From Macrostomum hystrix (lineage: Eukaryota > Animalia > Platyhelminthes), in NCBI GenBank assembly GCA_950097015.1, contig CATNEN010000029.1, forward strand, positions 2,790,001 through 2,854,000: a stretch of 64,000 bases of DNA, in the 5' to 3' direction. This document shows, one piece after another, positions 14,200 to 27,000 of the stretch. A program made the translations under genes and the position numbers. The notes beneath the pieces are model-generated. The model was not told the DNA's origin. It was given only the letters and a program-made list of their open reading frames with translations, and did not search any database. The stretch's first letter is position 1. Every line of letters begins with the position of its first letter.

Positions 14200-14470
14200 G
14201 GGGAGTCACTGGCAGAGCGGTCTAACATGTTTTCCCCTCGCACCACGGTCCCTGAGCTCGATTCCGCGGCGAGGCCACATTTATTTGGGCGCAACCGCGA
14301 AGTAATGGCTTGGGGGCTTGTCGTGCAATTTACCTCCAAGGCACAGTGAGAGTGTACACTGCCTGAAGATTAGAAAGTCAGGGCAGATGTACACACCTGT
14401 GTGCGCGGGTGCTCAGGAGTCAGCGGAACGGGCAGAACTGCCTCCTCGCTGGCAGCGGGTCTATTGTCAC
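14200..14470 (+). mobile_element. tRNA-derived SINE-like family A
   Basis: A-box TGGCAGAGCGG and B-box-like GCTCGATTCC; body colinear with the copy at 61277-61645. Confidence 0.8.
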
Positions 14471-15124
14471 CAGATTTTCTCTATCAGTTTTGCAACTGCT
14501 TGAACTGAACCAATTGTATCTTGCTCAATTGCAAAAATGACTCGAAATCAGTTAGGAACCCGATGCGCTGATTATCTGAACTCAAGCTACAAGTGTCAAT
14601 ACTCTTTAAATGGTCCAAAGCAGTTTTTGATTCTTCTTTGAGCAGGAAATTATCGAATATGCTCTAAAATCGATACCGGAGTCAGAAAATGGCAGGTAAA
14701 AATTTCAAGCAGGAGAAATTTAAGTCGGATTCCATTTGGCATCGAATGTCGCTGATTCGATTTCATTCCATAAGAGCAGTTGGCAGCCGAGACTAGCCAA
14801 AGAAAGATTGTGGAAAAAAAAATCACAATGAACTTGCAGATTGGATTGAGAAGGCCATCTGTTCAGCAGATTCGCCTAGCTACGCAAAAATAATATTTTT
14901 TTTTTAAATAAAAAGGTCATTGAATCAACAGAGACTTACCCGGCCTAGTAAAACTTATCCGATTATCTTTAGATGAAAGATGAATTCTCGCGGACATCCG
15001 GGCCTTATTGATAAGAGCTGGGGAACGAGAGAAGTGACAATTTTGATGCCTCCAAGATTAGATCTTAAAATAGTGGCACAATGTCAGTAGTCACACAGCA
15101 TGTCACGTGCTCATCCAATGCTGG

Positions 15125-15810
15125 ATTCAATGTGAATTCCCATTCACACAGTATGGATTCACAGTGAATTTACATTCACACAGTATGGATTCACTGTGAA
15201 TTCCCATTCACACAGTATGGATTTACTGCGAATTCCCATTCACACAGTATGGATTCACAGTGAATTTACATTCACACAGTATGGATTCACAGTGAATTTA
15301 CATTCACACAGTATGGATTCACTGTGAATTCCCACTCACACAGTATGGATTTACTGCGAATTCCCATTCACACAGTATGGATTCACAGAGAATTTACATT
15401 CACACAGTATGGATTCACTGTGAATTCCCATTCACCCAGTATGGATTTACTGCGAATTCCCATTCACACAGTATGGATTTACTGCGAATTCCCATTCACA
15501 CAGTATGGATTCACTGCGAATTCCCATTCACACAGTATGGATTCACTGCGAATTTACATTCACACAGTATGGATTCACAGTGAATTCCCATTCACACAGT
15601 ATGGATTCACTGTGAATTCCCATTCGCACAGTATGGATTCACAGTGAATTCCCATTCACACAGTATGGATTCACTGTGAATTTCCATTCACACAGTATGG
15701 ATTCACTGCGAATTCCCATTCACACAGTATGGATTCACTGTGAATTCCCATTCACACAGTATGGATTCACTGTGAATTTCCATTCACACAGTATGGATTC
15801 GCTGCGAATT
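15125..15810. repeat. 32-bp minisatellite (GTGAATTCCCATTCACACAGTATGGATTCACT)
   Basis: Direct periodicity; internal GTGAAT/ATTCAC inverted repeats. Confidence 0.96.
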
Positions 15811-16099
15811 CCCTTTTCGTATGTGGGAATCCTAGGTTAAGGTTTTTGCAGCTAGCCAGTAATTAAATATTTTATTTTTTCCGGATCAAAGACCGCCACA
15901 ATGCTGTGTCCTGCTAAAGAAACAAAGAATATTTGTCTGTCGCTCTGATTTTAGAGAATCGATTTGGCAGCTTATCTGATCAAATGTTCAAAGGCCTTGA
16001 TGCTTCCCACGCCTTGTTTGATCTCAAAATTATTTTACTTTACTAAAGTTAATTCAACAGTCTTATTTCTTTTGAGGACCGATCAGGCCTCTAATAATC

Positions 16100-17320
16100 C
16101 AGATTCACAGATTCGAGATTCACAGAATCCCCAGATTCACCGAATCCTCAGATTCACAGAATCCTTAGATTCACAGAATCACCAGATTCACAGAATCCCC
16201 AGATTCACAGAATCCCCAGATTCACAGAATCCCCAGATTCACAGAATCCCCGAGATTCACAGAATCCCCAGATTCACAGAATCCTCAGATTCACAGAATC
16301 CCCAGATTCACAGAATCCCCAGATTCACAGAATCCTCAGATTCACAGAATCCCCAGATTCACAGAATCCCCAGATTCACAGAATCCTCAGATTCACAGAA
16401 TCCCCAGATTCACAGAATCCCCAGATTCACAGAATCCTCAGATTCACAGAATCCCTTCACCGAATCCTCAGATTCACAGAATCCTTAGATTCACAGAATT
16501 GCCAGATTCACAGAATCCCCAGATTCACAGAATCCCCAGATTCACAGAATCCCCAGATTCACAGAATCCCCGAGATTCACAGAATCCCCAGATTCACAGA
16601 ATCCTCAGATTCACAGAATCCCCAGATTCACAGAATCCCCAGATTCACAGAATCCTCAGATTCACAGAATCCCCAGATTCACAGAATCCCCAGATTCACA
16701 GAATCCTCAGATTCACAGAATCCCCAGATTCACAGAATCCCCAGATTCACAGAATCCTCAGATTCACAGAATCCCCAGATTCACCGAATCCTCAGATTCA
16801 CAGAATCCTTAGATTCACAGAATCACCAGATTCACAGAATCCCCAGATTCACAGAATCCCCAGATTCACAGAATCCCCAGATTCACAGAATCCCCAGATT
16901 CACAGAATCCCCAGATTCACAGAATCCTCAGATTCACAGAATCCTCAGATTCACAGAATCCCCAGATTCACAGAATCCTCAGATTCACAGAATCCCCAGA
17001 TTCACAGAATCCCCAGATTCACAGAATCCTCAGATTCACAGAATCCCCAGATTCACCGAATCCTCAGATTCACAGAATCCTTAGATTCACAGAATCACCA
17101 GATTCACAGAATCCCCAGATTCACAGAATCCCCAGATTCACAGAATCCCCAGATTCACAGAATCCCCAGATTCACAGAATCCCCAGATTCACAGAATCCT
17201 CAGATTCACAGAATCCTCAGATTCACAGAATCCCCAGATTCACAGAATCACCTGATTCACAGAATCCCGATTCACAGAATCCCGATTCAGAGAATCCCGA
17301 TTCACCTAATCCTGTTTCTT
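16100..17320. repeat. 17-bp minisatellite (AGATTCACAGAATCCCC)
   Basis: Direct periodicity; explains the ORFs DSQNPQIHRIPRFTESP. Confidence 0.97.
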
Positions 17321-18242
17321 CCCGATTCAGGTCTGAATAACAAGAGAAGTATAATTGTTTTCATTTAGCGAAGTACAAGAAAACAAAATTATCAGACACT
17401 GCCAAGCATGAATTTAGTTTGTAGAATTATAATTCTTACAAAATAGTTTCATTTTTAAGTTCTGCTTCATTTTAAAAATCGTCAGCGGGTGAACAAACCC
17501 GCCAGACACCGAGTCAGACAGCTATCTGAGCAATGCATTGCGGAAAGCGGCAATATTTGGTAAAAATCAGCGAAGTGCAAAAATGATAGCGGAAGCGGAG
17601 GAAACGCAGAGGGGAAGATCAGCCCTAGCTTGGTGGATTTCACAGTAGTGAGTAGGGATTATTGATTTAAAGCAAGACAGGGAGGCTGAGCAAACGGTGT
17701 CAGATTTCTCCGAGTCTCTGGGATAAAGCGGATTTGAGCACAGACTGTGAAATCACGTCCTCGCTGTATTGAAGTCGTCTTCAATATGTGGGGAGGGCGC
17801 GAGTTTTCAGACTTCTCACAATGGCGTCAATATTTCCGCATCGATTTATAATGAAAATTTTAAACCAATTTCTAATATTTTTATGTTTCTAAACTATTTT
17901 TTATTTGATAGTCAATGGACAAAAAGGTTAAGTCTGGCGAAACGAATAAATTAATTAGAAAGGCTTATAGACGACGTTTCTAAGAAAGAAATTCCTGTGG
18001 GCAGAGAAAAAAGCGGCTTAGTAACGAAAAGCAGGAATGGGATCAAAATAAAAAAGGGGATTTTTAAATCTGGCTCCATCTTTCTGTTGGTTTTTATTGA
18101 GTTCCTCTTTAAATAAAAATAACTACTAAAGCTGTTTTCTTTCACGGCAGATCTAGAAAACTGATCAGCATTGTAACAGTGATTTACTCAAAATACATGT
18201 AGGAGCTGCATTTTTGGATTAACAGCCTGTGGTTGCATTTTG

Positions 18243-18672
18243 GGAATCGAATACTCTGTCCATTTTTAATTGACCGCTAAAGGCAAATGGCTAAGCAACG
18301 GCGAAAGTCGTTGAGGGAGTTCCTTAGCAACGGCGGAAGTCGTTGAGGGAGTTCCTTAGCAACGGCGAAAGTCGTTGAGGGAGTTCCTTAGCAACGGCGG
18401 AAGTCGTTGAGGGAGTTCCTTAGCAACGGCGGAAGTCGTTGAGGGAGTTCCTTAGCAACAGCGGAAGTCGTTGAGGGAGTTCCTTAGCAACGGCGGAAGT
18501 CGTTGAGGGAGTTCCTTAGAAACGGCGGAAGTCGGTGAGGGAGTTCCTTAGCAACGGCGGAGGTCGTTGAGGGAATGCCTTAGTAACAACAGAAGTCGTT
18601 GAGGGAGTCACTTAGTAACGGCGGAAGTTCCCCTTAGCAACCGTGGTGTTTGTTGTGGACTGCATTCTCTAG
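18243..18672. mobile_element. Dispersed non-autonomous element with internal 32-bp tandem array (copy 1, about 11 units)
   Basis: Near-identical to about 24353-24682, including the unique 5' part (GGAATCGAATACTCTGTCC..) and the 3' end (..GGACTGCATTCTCTAG). Confidence 0.8.
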
Positions 18673-18738
18673 GATAAATTATTATCGATCGGGGCCATAA
18701 ACATGAGAAGCATGAGAATTGCCAGCGAGGCCACCCAG

Positions 18739-21700
18739 TCACACAATGAATCTGCTTCCGGACACGAAGTGTGTGTCACGCCACACCCGACTCTGGCCGT
18801 CCGTGTCCAGGCCGCGCTGGCAGATCCGGCAGCTGCGGCCGATGCAGTCGGGATGATCGCTTAACGGCAGAAGGCCGCCCCGGCCGCCGCCATCAGATCG
18901 TCGCAGCTGCAGCTCCAGAAGGTCGCGCTCGCGTTTCGCCAGAGTCGCCAGCTGCCAGTCCTGACGGAGTCGCTGCTCGACACGGTTGGCGCGCTGATAG
19001 CGCCAGGCGCGGTCGTGGACCAAACTGTCGGAGGATTCAACGGATTGAGGCTTGAAATTTTTATTTCACTAATTTTCGAGAAAAGTGTAGATTGCTAAAA
19101 AACTAAAACTGTCAAAAAAGAAGGTTCGGGAAGGTGAAAATGAAGTAAAAGGATTTTGAGGATTTTGCTTTTGATTTTCGATTTTTAGGAATCGAAATTT
19201 CGAAAAATTCGTTTGATGGGAAATATTAAATAACGTGCATTTTGATTAAACTCTGATTGAGGCTTCAATCGAACTCAATCGAACTATTGGTTTGAATACA
19301 AAATTTGAAGTCTGTTTGATGTTAATTTGACAATAAGTTGCTTCTTTTATAGAATTTTTATCCCACAAATGAAATCCCACATTCTAAATGACAAACAAAC
19401 AAATTTAGATTTTTATGCCATTCAATGATTAAAAAATAGATCTCTTTTGAAGCATTTTCTGGAAGACTAGAGGAGACTTGAAACGAAAAATGGATACACG
19501 TGACCCTAACGGAGGTAGAGGCTGAACAGAGAGAAATTTGACACCAAAATTGCAGACAAAACAATCAGCTGTAGCGGAGATGAATCAATCTAACAAAAAG
19601 CAGTGAAGCTTGTTAGAAGCCTCCTAGGACAGATAGTTCCGAACAGTGAATGCTGAAATCAAATCCTAAAATAGTAAAATAACTTGAGTTTCCTGCCTAC
19701 TTGTTTGAGTAGCGAAAGAAGAAATGTGATTTTCATAGAATTGGGACATTTCTGGAAGCAGGATCGGCACTCACTCTTCTTTGGCACGGCGCAGCGCGGA
19801 CTCTTCACGGCGCTGCAGCTCAGCGCGACGCATTAACTCCTCGCGTCGACGCGCCTCTGCTGCGGCCAGCTGCTCGCGCGCGGTCTCCTCGGCGGCCCGT
19901 CGTCTACGTGTCTTGTCTTCGAGATCTTCGCCGGCGGCGGCTGCGTCGCCAAACACTGGCTCCGAAGCGTCGGGCAGGCGAGCCGGCAGCGGCGCCGGCC
20001 GCTGGCGCAGCTGGGCGGAGAGCGCGCGACGATAGCGCTCGGCACGGTCGGCGCGCTCGGCCCTCTGCCTGGCGCGCTCTTCGGCAGCGACCTGCGCTGC
20101 CTGCGCCGCCTCCAGCCGCGCCAGACTTGCCGCCTCCGCCGAGCGGCGCAGCTGCTCCGAGCGGCGAGTCGCTATCTGGCGCTCCAAATCGGCGCCAAAC
20201 GGCGCTTCACGGACCAGCCTAGGCGGCGTTCTGGGCCGGGCGGCAAAGATGTACATTGGGCCGCCCTCCGGGCGCCAGCTGCCGGTACTTGCCGCAGCCT
20301 CGGCGGCGCTCTGGTTGTAGGCGGACACTCGAGTCGCTTCCTGGCGCTTCGCCTGCTTGGCTGCCTTTGGCAGTTTTTGCAGAGGGATTAATAATATTAA
20401 TAATAGCAATTGCAGGAGGGCTGCGGGCAGTGGTACATCATTTGGTGACAGTAGACGCACAGCCAGCGAGGAGGCAGTTCTGCCCATTTCATTGACTCCT
20501 GAGTACATCTGCACTGACTTTTTCAGTGTAACAAATGGTGACGGCCCTCGTGGGTCGTAAACTACACAACTAGACGGGAACTCGCTCACCTCCTCGGCCA
20601 GCAAGTTCTCCTTCTCCTTGGCTCTGGCCAGCTCGAGCAGCAGCCGATCCGATTCCCGCTCCCGACGCTTTCGGGCCTCTTTCTCGGCGACTCGCGCGCT
20701 ATTGGAAGAATCCGTGGCGTCTGAGTGTCTTTGACGTCGCAGGCACGGTCCGCAAACGTTGCTGCTTTCGTGTCCACTGCTGGAGTTCAGCTCCGGCTGC
20801 TTACCTGCCACCGGTGGAGGTGGCGACGCTGGCTGTTGCGGCGTCGGAGTTGCCTCAGCTGCCACCTCCAGTGCATTCATCTGCTCAACTTCGACGACAA
20901 CGTCACTCGGCGAGAATAAGGCGAAAGCCTCCAGCCGGCTGCCGCTGACGCTACGATCAGCTGACTGGTTTTCATCCGCGACAAAGACTTGCTGCTGCTG
21001 ACGCTTCTGCTGCGACTTGGACGTTGACAATCTCGACTTGGCTGGACTTCTTGGTTTCGGAGTTACCACTAAAGCTGCCGCTGCTGTTGCTGCTGGATTT
21101 GCTGAACTGGTCGCTAGAATAGCTGCGGGTTGGTGCATAATTGGGGATTCTAATTTTGCCAAGATCTTGAGGCCCTTCTTGAACTCTGGTTTGACCCCAT
21201 TCACACAGTGTTGTATCTTGGTGTTTCGGACACACGACTAGTAGGTCGGGGTTTCGATTCCGGACACCACTGAAAAAGATTTCATAAGCAAGACACTCTT
21301 AACACTTAACTCAGTTGACCCATCTGCTAAATAGGTAACAGCATTGGTAGCAGCTGGGGTAATTGATGGTGGGTGTTGCGTCCCCCCAGTCCATGGACTG
21401 AACCGCCGTACACAGCCTTCAGATGCGCCGCGCAATAGCTGCGGCTGTGTGGTCGGGAATCTTGTGGTATTTTTCCTACGGGATTTTTAAGGCCCAACCA
21501 TACACTGTGATGCGATTTTCCCTTTAACGGACACACGATTTCATAGTATTGTAGCAATAATAAAAATATTACCGCTAGCGCTGTGTGTCTCAAGACCCGG
21601 CTTGAGTCGGGCGATTCGCCCCCCGCCACCAAGCGGATGCAGTCGGTCCGGATAATTGGCCTCAAAGGGCGCGCTAATGTGACGCGTCGAAGCGGATAAT

Positions 21701-21816
21701 GGCGCGGGTAATGGCAGCGCGGCGCCACCCAACGGCAGTGGCACCTTCTCGCCGTTCTGATTGTGCACAATGGCGAATCTTTCCGTACGAGCGTGCTTCG
21801 GTGGCGCTTGCGTCAT
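18739..21816 (-). CDS. CCDC81: CCDC81-like coiled-coil protein; exons 21573-21816 (tentative), 20590-21149 (acceptor tentative), 19775-20364, 18739-19024; about 559 aa
   Basis: Recalled similarity to the CCDC81 C-terminal half: CGPCLRRQR, SAYNQSAAEA, YIFAARPRTP, YRRALSAQLRQRPAPLPARLPDASEPVFG, RANRVEQRLRQDW, terminal CRICQR..GQSRVW....SGSRFIV. Intron phases are consistent (1680 nt = 560 codons). Confidence 0.8.
20385..20535 (-). mobile_element. SINE family A 3' half inside a CCDC81 intron
   Basis: AGTCAGTGCAGATGTACTCAGGAGTC..GGGCAGAACTGCCTCCTCGCTGGCTG..AATGATGTACCACTGCCCGCAGCCCTCCTGCAATT plus an ATT tail matches 61465-61645. Confidence 0.85.
21205..21470 (+). mobile_element. tRNA-derived SINE-like family B with CORE-like central segment, in CCDC81 intron 1
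   Basis: B-box-like GGTTTCGATTCC, then GCAAGACAC..CACTTAACTCAGTTGACCCATCTGCTAAATAGGTAAC (resembles the CORE domain of MIR-type SINEs; inference). Homologous to the copies at 6.0 kb and 34.5 kb. Confidence 0.7.
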
Positions 21817-22084
21817 GCCTGCGTCCGCTTTCTCTTAAATTTTTTGTCTGACTCTTCACCAAAGCGTATGCACAGTGGAATTCGCCAAACTGATAGACCA
21901 CCAGACAGCAGGGGAGGAGTTGACTCACGCTCTCATACATTTTATATTGCTTAAGTGGGGCCTTCGTTGCCTTCCCAACGCCACACACAGACCCACTCCC
22001 CGCGCAACCAAAAATCGTCTGAGCCGTTGGGGCCGTGTTGCCATTCTCGGCAGATCCTCATCTGCGTTCTATCCACCCCCAGCA

Positions 22085-22099
22085 GTTGCCCTTGGTAAC
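22085..22099. promoter_or_regulatory. X-box-like site GTTGCC-CTT-GGTAAC upstream of the CCDC81-like gene
   Basis: Two RFX half sites with a 3-nt spacer, about 270 bp upstream of the putative ATG of a cilia/centrosome-associated gene; a further GTTGCC half site lies at about 21966. Confidence 0.5.
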
Positions 22100-24099
22100 A
22101 GCGTTCTTCCCAACGAAAGCCGATCCCACGATCCTACTGAAAGATTTCATTAGTTTTTTTGCAGTGCTTGTATTGTTTAATAATTTAGACGCCGCGCGTG
22201 CCCAGCAGTGTCCATCATTAAGTCACGTCACAAACTGGTCCCATGCATATGCTCAGACTCCATAATACAACCGGCTACGCTCATATTGTGATCAGCGCAT
22301 GCTGCTAAACTGCTCTCACCATCAGGATAGATGCCACTATGCATAAATCCGCAAACAGCCTATCTCTTAATGCTTGCTTTTACCTACAGTACTCGTATCT
22401 CTGTCGGCGGCTCTTTTTAAGTCCAGAAAAATTTTGCTAGTCAGGCAGCCATTTAGCTTTTTTTAGAAAACCTCACATCCCACGCATGCCACATAGCTAA
22501 AGGAACTATAATGGTCAATGGGACTTTTGTCTCTCGCTAATTGGCAGCAAAGCCAACAGCAAGGCTTGGACCCAGTGGGTCGTTAGCTTAAATTATTCAT
22601 CACTACATAACGAGAGCTACTAACTTTTATTGGGATTGTAAAAATCTTTTTTTGGGAATGGGAACAGAATGTTGTTAATTTCTATATGTATGGGTTTACT
22701 ACGCATGGGAAAATTGCACATACTTTCGTAGCTGTATATGTGTGCAGCTGTCGTGCATCTCGAATAGTTTAAAACCTTTATACTATTTACGTTTAGAAAA
22801 TAATCTCAGTAAGATTACGAAGTTTTTACCTTCCTGGGATAGAACAAATGATTAATAATTGACTTTTAGTAAATATAGGTATTTGTAGTCATTGTCTAGA
22901 ACCTGAGCCTGGAGTGCACTTTTTCGATCAGAATGAGAAGTATAAGAACAAAAAAATCTTATCTAAACATGTACTAGCTGTTTCTGCAACAACGAGAGGG
23001 ATTAGAGGCATAGTTTCCGATTTACAATAGGAGATGCCCCGGATAATTTAGGTATTGGAAGAAAAAAAGGCAGAAACATCAACGTCAGGTACGATGAAGA
23101 TGAACTGATAAAGAAATAGCCGTCTTTTTTAAAACCGATCAAAAACCTAATGTTAACCAGTAAAACAAAATGAATAAGACAAGAACTTAAAAAAAGTTTG
23201 TATTTTTTCTATGTTAAAATTATGAAATTCATGTTTTTAAAGTTTTTAAGTTATGTTTTTCAAATCGTTTGAATTCGCTCATAGTCCGACGCAGCGCGAT
23301 AAAATTCGATTTAGAATTTTCTAATTATAATGTACGTGTGAAGCTCAATAATTTAGTGAGATGTTTCAAGAATTCGATTCTTACTTTGAGTTTCGCTTTT
23401 ATTTCGTCAGATACTTAATACGTAGCAGAGAAGTGATAAAATCTATATAGAACGGATTTTTTCTTTGCTTTTTTATATAAAGATAAGTAGAAGAGTTCGT
23501 GGAACTTTTTTATGACAGGAAAGCAGGAATGATTTATACAGCTAAACGCTAGCTAAGTCGTAGAATTGTTGTAGAACACTAGACACTATTGTTGACACTA
23601 GAAAAATTAGTTGTAGAGCACTAAAATAAAAATAAGAATAAGAAAAAAAATTTTAAACTTAAGTAAATACTGTTCATAAATTTTTTGTGTACTAAAAATG
23701 TGTAACACTACCTTGTCTAATTTTATTTTATGAGATTTTTTTCCTTTACAGTAAAAAAAGTTTGTATTTAATATCACTTTATTATATATTAAATTGTGAA
23801 ATTTTTGGTTAACTTTAGCTACCATAATAATATAATACATATATGTTATGTTTATAGTTCCAGTTCATATATATTTGTTCTTGACTCTATCTTGATATTG
23901 ACTATTGATTCTTACTGCTAAGATGACAACTACTTGATATCAAGGAATTTGTGATTTGTAAAAATACTTATTAACAAAAAAATACCATTATAAATAATTA
24001 GTTTTTTAACCAAACTGCTTAATTTTTCCTTATTTGCCTAATGACCTATGCTTAAAATCATGCCTGGAGAACATGACACTTATTGCAGATCAAACTAGC

Positions 24100-27000
24100 A
24101 TGAGTGCCAGTGAGAGTGAGTGCACTTATCATGGAGAGCAACAGTCAAGCCATTGTGGCTATTGTAATGGGAAGAAGAAAAATTCACGTTGCACTCATGG
24201 TAAGCAGGTATTTTTTGTTTCCTTGTCTCTTATATGCTCTCAAGGGAATGCTAGAATTCCAATCCCTTAAACATTTTTATAAGAATAGGCCTCATTAGCT
24301 ACAATTGACAAGTTTTTTAAGTATTTTTAAGTTAAAGACTTGAACTCAATTGGAATCGAATACTCTGTCCATTTTTAATTGACCGCTAAAGGGAAATGGC
24401 TAAGCAACGGCGAAAGTCGTTGAGGGAGTTCCTTAGCAACGGCGGAAGTCGTTGAGGGAGTTCCTTAGCAACGGCGGAAGTCGTTGAGGGAGTTCCTTAG
24501 CAACGGTGGAAGTCGTTGAGGGAGTTCCTTAGCAACGGCGGAAGTCGTTGAGGGAGTTCCTTAGCAACGGCGGAGGTCGTTGAGGGAATGCCTTAGTAAC
24601 AACAGAAGTCGTTGAGGGAGTCACTTAGTAACGGCGAAAGTTCCTTAGCAACCGTGGTGTTTGTTGTGGACTGCATTCTCTAGTTAAAGAAAAGAAAACT
24701 TATAAAAGTTAAAGACTTGAATTCAATTGAAAGTTAGTTTGAAAGGATTGCAGCTCAACATGAAGACTTAGCTGTTAGTAAAAGACAATTAATCAAACTA
24801 TTTTCAGGTGCCACATTTTCTACACTGACCACAGAGGACTATCAAAGCCTGATGTTTCGTGGATGGCGTCGGTAAGATTTCTATTGTAGTTGATTAGTTG
24901 GATTTCATTATCTAAGTAGAAAAAGTACATGCATAACTATGTGTACTTTTTTATTTTCAATTACACAGCTCTGGCGTCTATTGCTACAAGCCGCAGATGC
25001 GAGAGATCTGCTGCCCGCAGTACACAATTAGATGCGATGTTGGCCGCTACAAGCTTAGTCGGTCGCATCGGCGTGTTCTTCAACGAATGAATGAATTCTT
25101 GCGCACCGGTAGCAGGCCGAAAACTAACGGCACAGCTGCTTCTGCTTCAGCACAGGTGAATAACAGCAATGCTGAGGAATCGCGGCCTGCAATGTCTAAA
25201 GCGACTGCAGCTGCCCAAGCGCTAAAGGATTCTGGCAACAAGGCTGGCGCTATGGACGGCTCTGGAGACGCGGAATTGACACTCGATGGTGGAGTTGAAA
25301 CTGGCCGCGGACGGCTGCGGCTGGGCAAGGCTAGGCAGAAGCGTTGGGTCAGGTGAGTTTTCTGCGTCAGTGTTGGCTCTCTGGTGTGTCAGTGTTGGCT
25401 TACTGGTGTGTCAGTGTTGGCTCTCTGGTGTGTCAGTGTTGGCTCTCTGGTGTGTCAGTGTTGGCTCTCTGGTGTGTCAGTGTTGGCTCTCTGGTGTGTC
25501 AGTGTTGGCTCTCTGGTGTGTCAGTGTTGGCTCTCTGGTGTGTCAGTGTTGGCTTACTGGTGTGTCAGTGTTGGCTCTCTGGTGTGTCAGTGTTGGCTTA
25601 CTGGTGTGTCAGTGTTGGCTCTCTGGTGTGTCAGTGTTGGTTTACTGGTGTGTCAGTGTTGGTTTACTGGTGTGTCAAGTGTTGGCTTTTTTGTGTGTCA
25701 GGTCAATGTGAAGCTACAATGGGTGGGTCAATGTGAAGCTACAATTGGTGGGTCAATGTGAAGCTACAATGGGTGGGTCAATGTGAAGCTACAACTGGTG
25801 GGTCAATGTGAAGCTACAATGGGTGGGTCAATGTGAAGCTACAATGGGTGGGTCAATGTGAAGCTACAATTATTTATTACACAATTCCATCGAAATGCAT
25901 TGCTCAGACGCCTAGAGAAGCTTCGAGCCAAAGCTGCAGCCGACCCATCAGCCAGCCTGGAGTCAGTTCTGGCTGCTTATAGAGCTCGCCGAGCCGCCAG
26001 AGCCACCGCTAGGGCTCCAAAATCCTTGGAACAGTTGCTGCAGCAGCCGCAGCAGCCAGAGGATTGGAAGCATCGGCTCAGGGTTGTTCTACTGCCCAGC
26101 GCCAAGAAGGAATTCGACAGCCGCGCTGAGCACCCGCTCTACGAGCGTTACCAGATGGCTGTCCACGGAGACAGTCGGGCGGACTGCAGCCATTCACAAT
26201 TCCAACGGTTCCTGTGCAATTCGCCATTGGCCTACGCTAAGCGGGGCGATCGTTGGCTGGGCTCATTTCATCAGCAATACTGGCTAGAGCCGGAGGGCCG
26301 ATTAATTATGGTTGGCGTTATCGACGTATTGCCCGACTGCACATCGTCAGTGTACGTGTTCTACGATCCGGATTATGCCTGGCTTAATCTGGGCACCTAC
26401 GCTGCGCTAAAAGAAATTGAACTAACCAGAAAAATGGGTCTTCCCTACTACTGCATGGGCTATTACATACACGACTGCGTCAAGATGCGATACAAAGGCG
26501 CATTCGAGGGCTCCGAGCTGCTCTGTCCGGAGACCTACACTTGGCACTGTCTGCGGACAGTTTGCGTTCCCAAGCTGAACCTGGCCTCCTATTGCAGGTG
26601 AATAAATGGCTTGCCTGATAATCTTTCATTTCGATACATATCGGTTAAGAACTAATCAAGCTATATGAGGGCTATGAGAACCCTCTCTCTACTGTCCCCT
26701 CTCTCTAGTGAGGTCTCTCTAGTTTAAGCCTCTCTCTACTCTCTACTATCTCCTCTCTGTCTCCCTCTCTCCGCCCTCTCTCCGCCCCTCAATCCGCCCT
26801 CTCTCCGCCCCTCAATCCGCCCTCTCTCCGCCCTCTCTCTCGCCCCCCTCTCCGCCTCTTTCTCCGCCCCTCCACCCCTCTCTCTCCACCCCTCTCTCTC
26901 CACCCCTCTCTCTCCACCCCTCTCTCCACCCCTCTCTCTCCACCATCTTTCTCCGCCCCTCTCATCCCCCTCTCCGCCCCTCTCATCCCCCTCTCCGCCC

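Noticed and set aside
14640-14900. Plus-strand exon-like pieces (EIIEYALKSIPESENG..)
   Set aside because: Could not be joined into a coherent frame, and I recognised no homology.
18290-18640. CRISPR-like appearance of hairpin-containing 32-bp repeats
   Set aside because: No unique spacers, no cas genes, and a eukaryotic context.
19771-21204. Single 477-aa ORF as a complete gene
   Set aside because: It reads through a SINE-containing intron and starts inside another intron; it is part of the spliced CCDC81-like gene.
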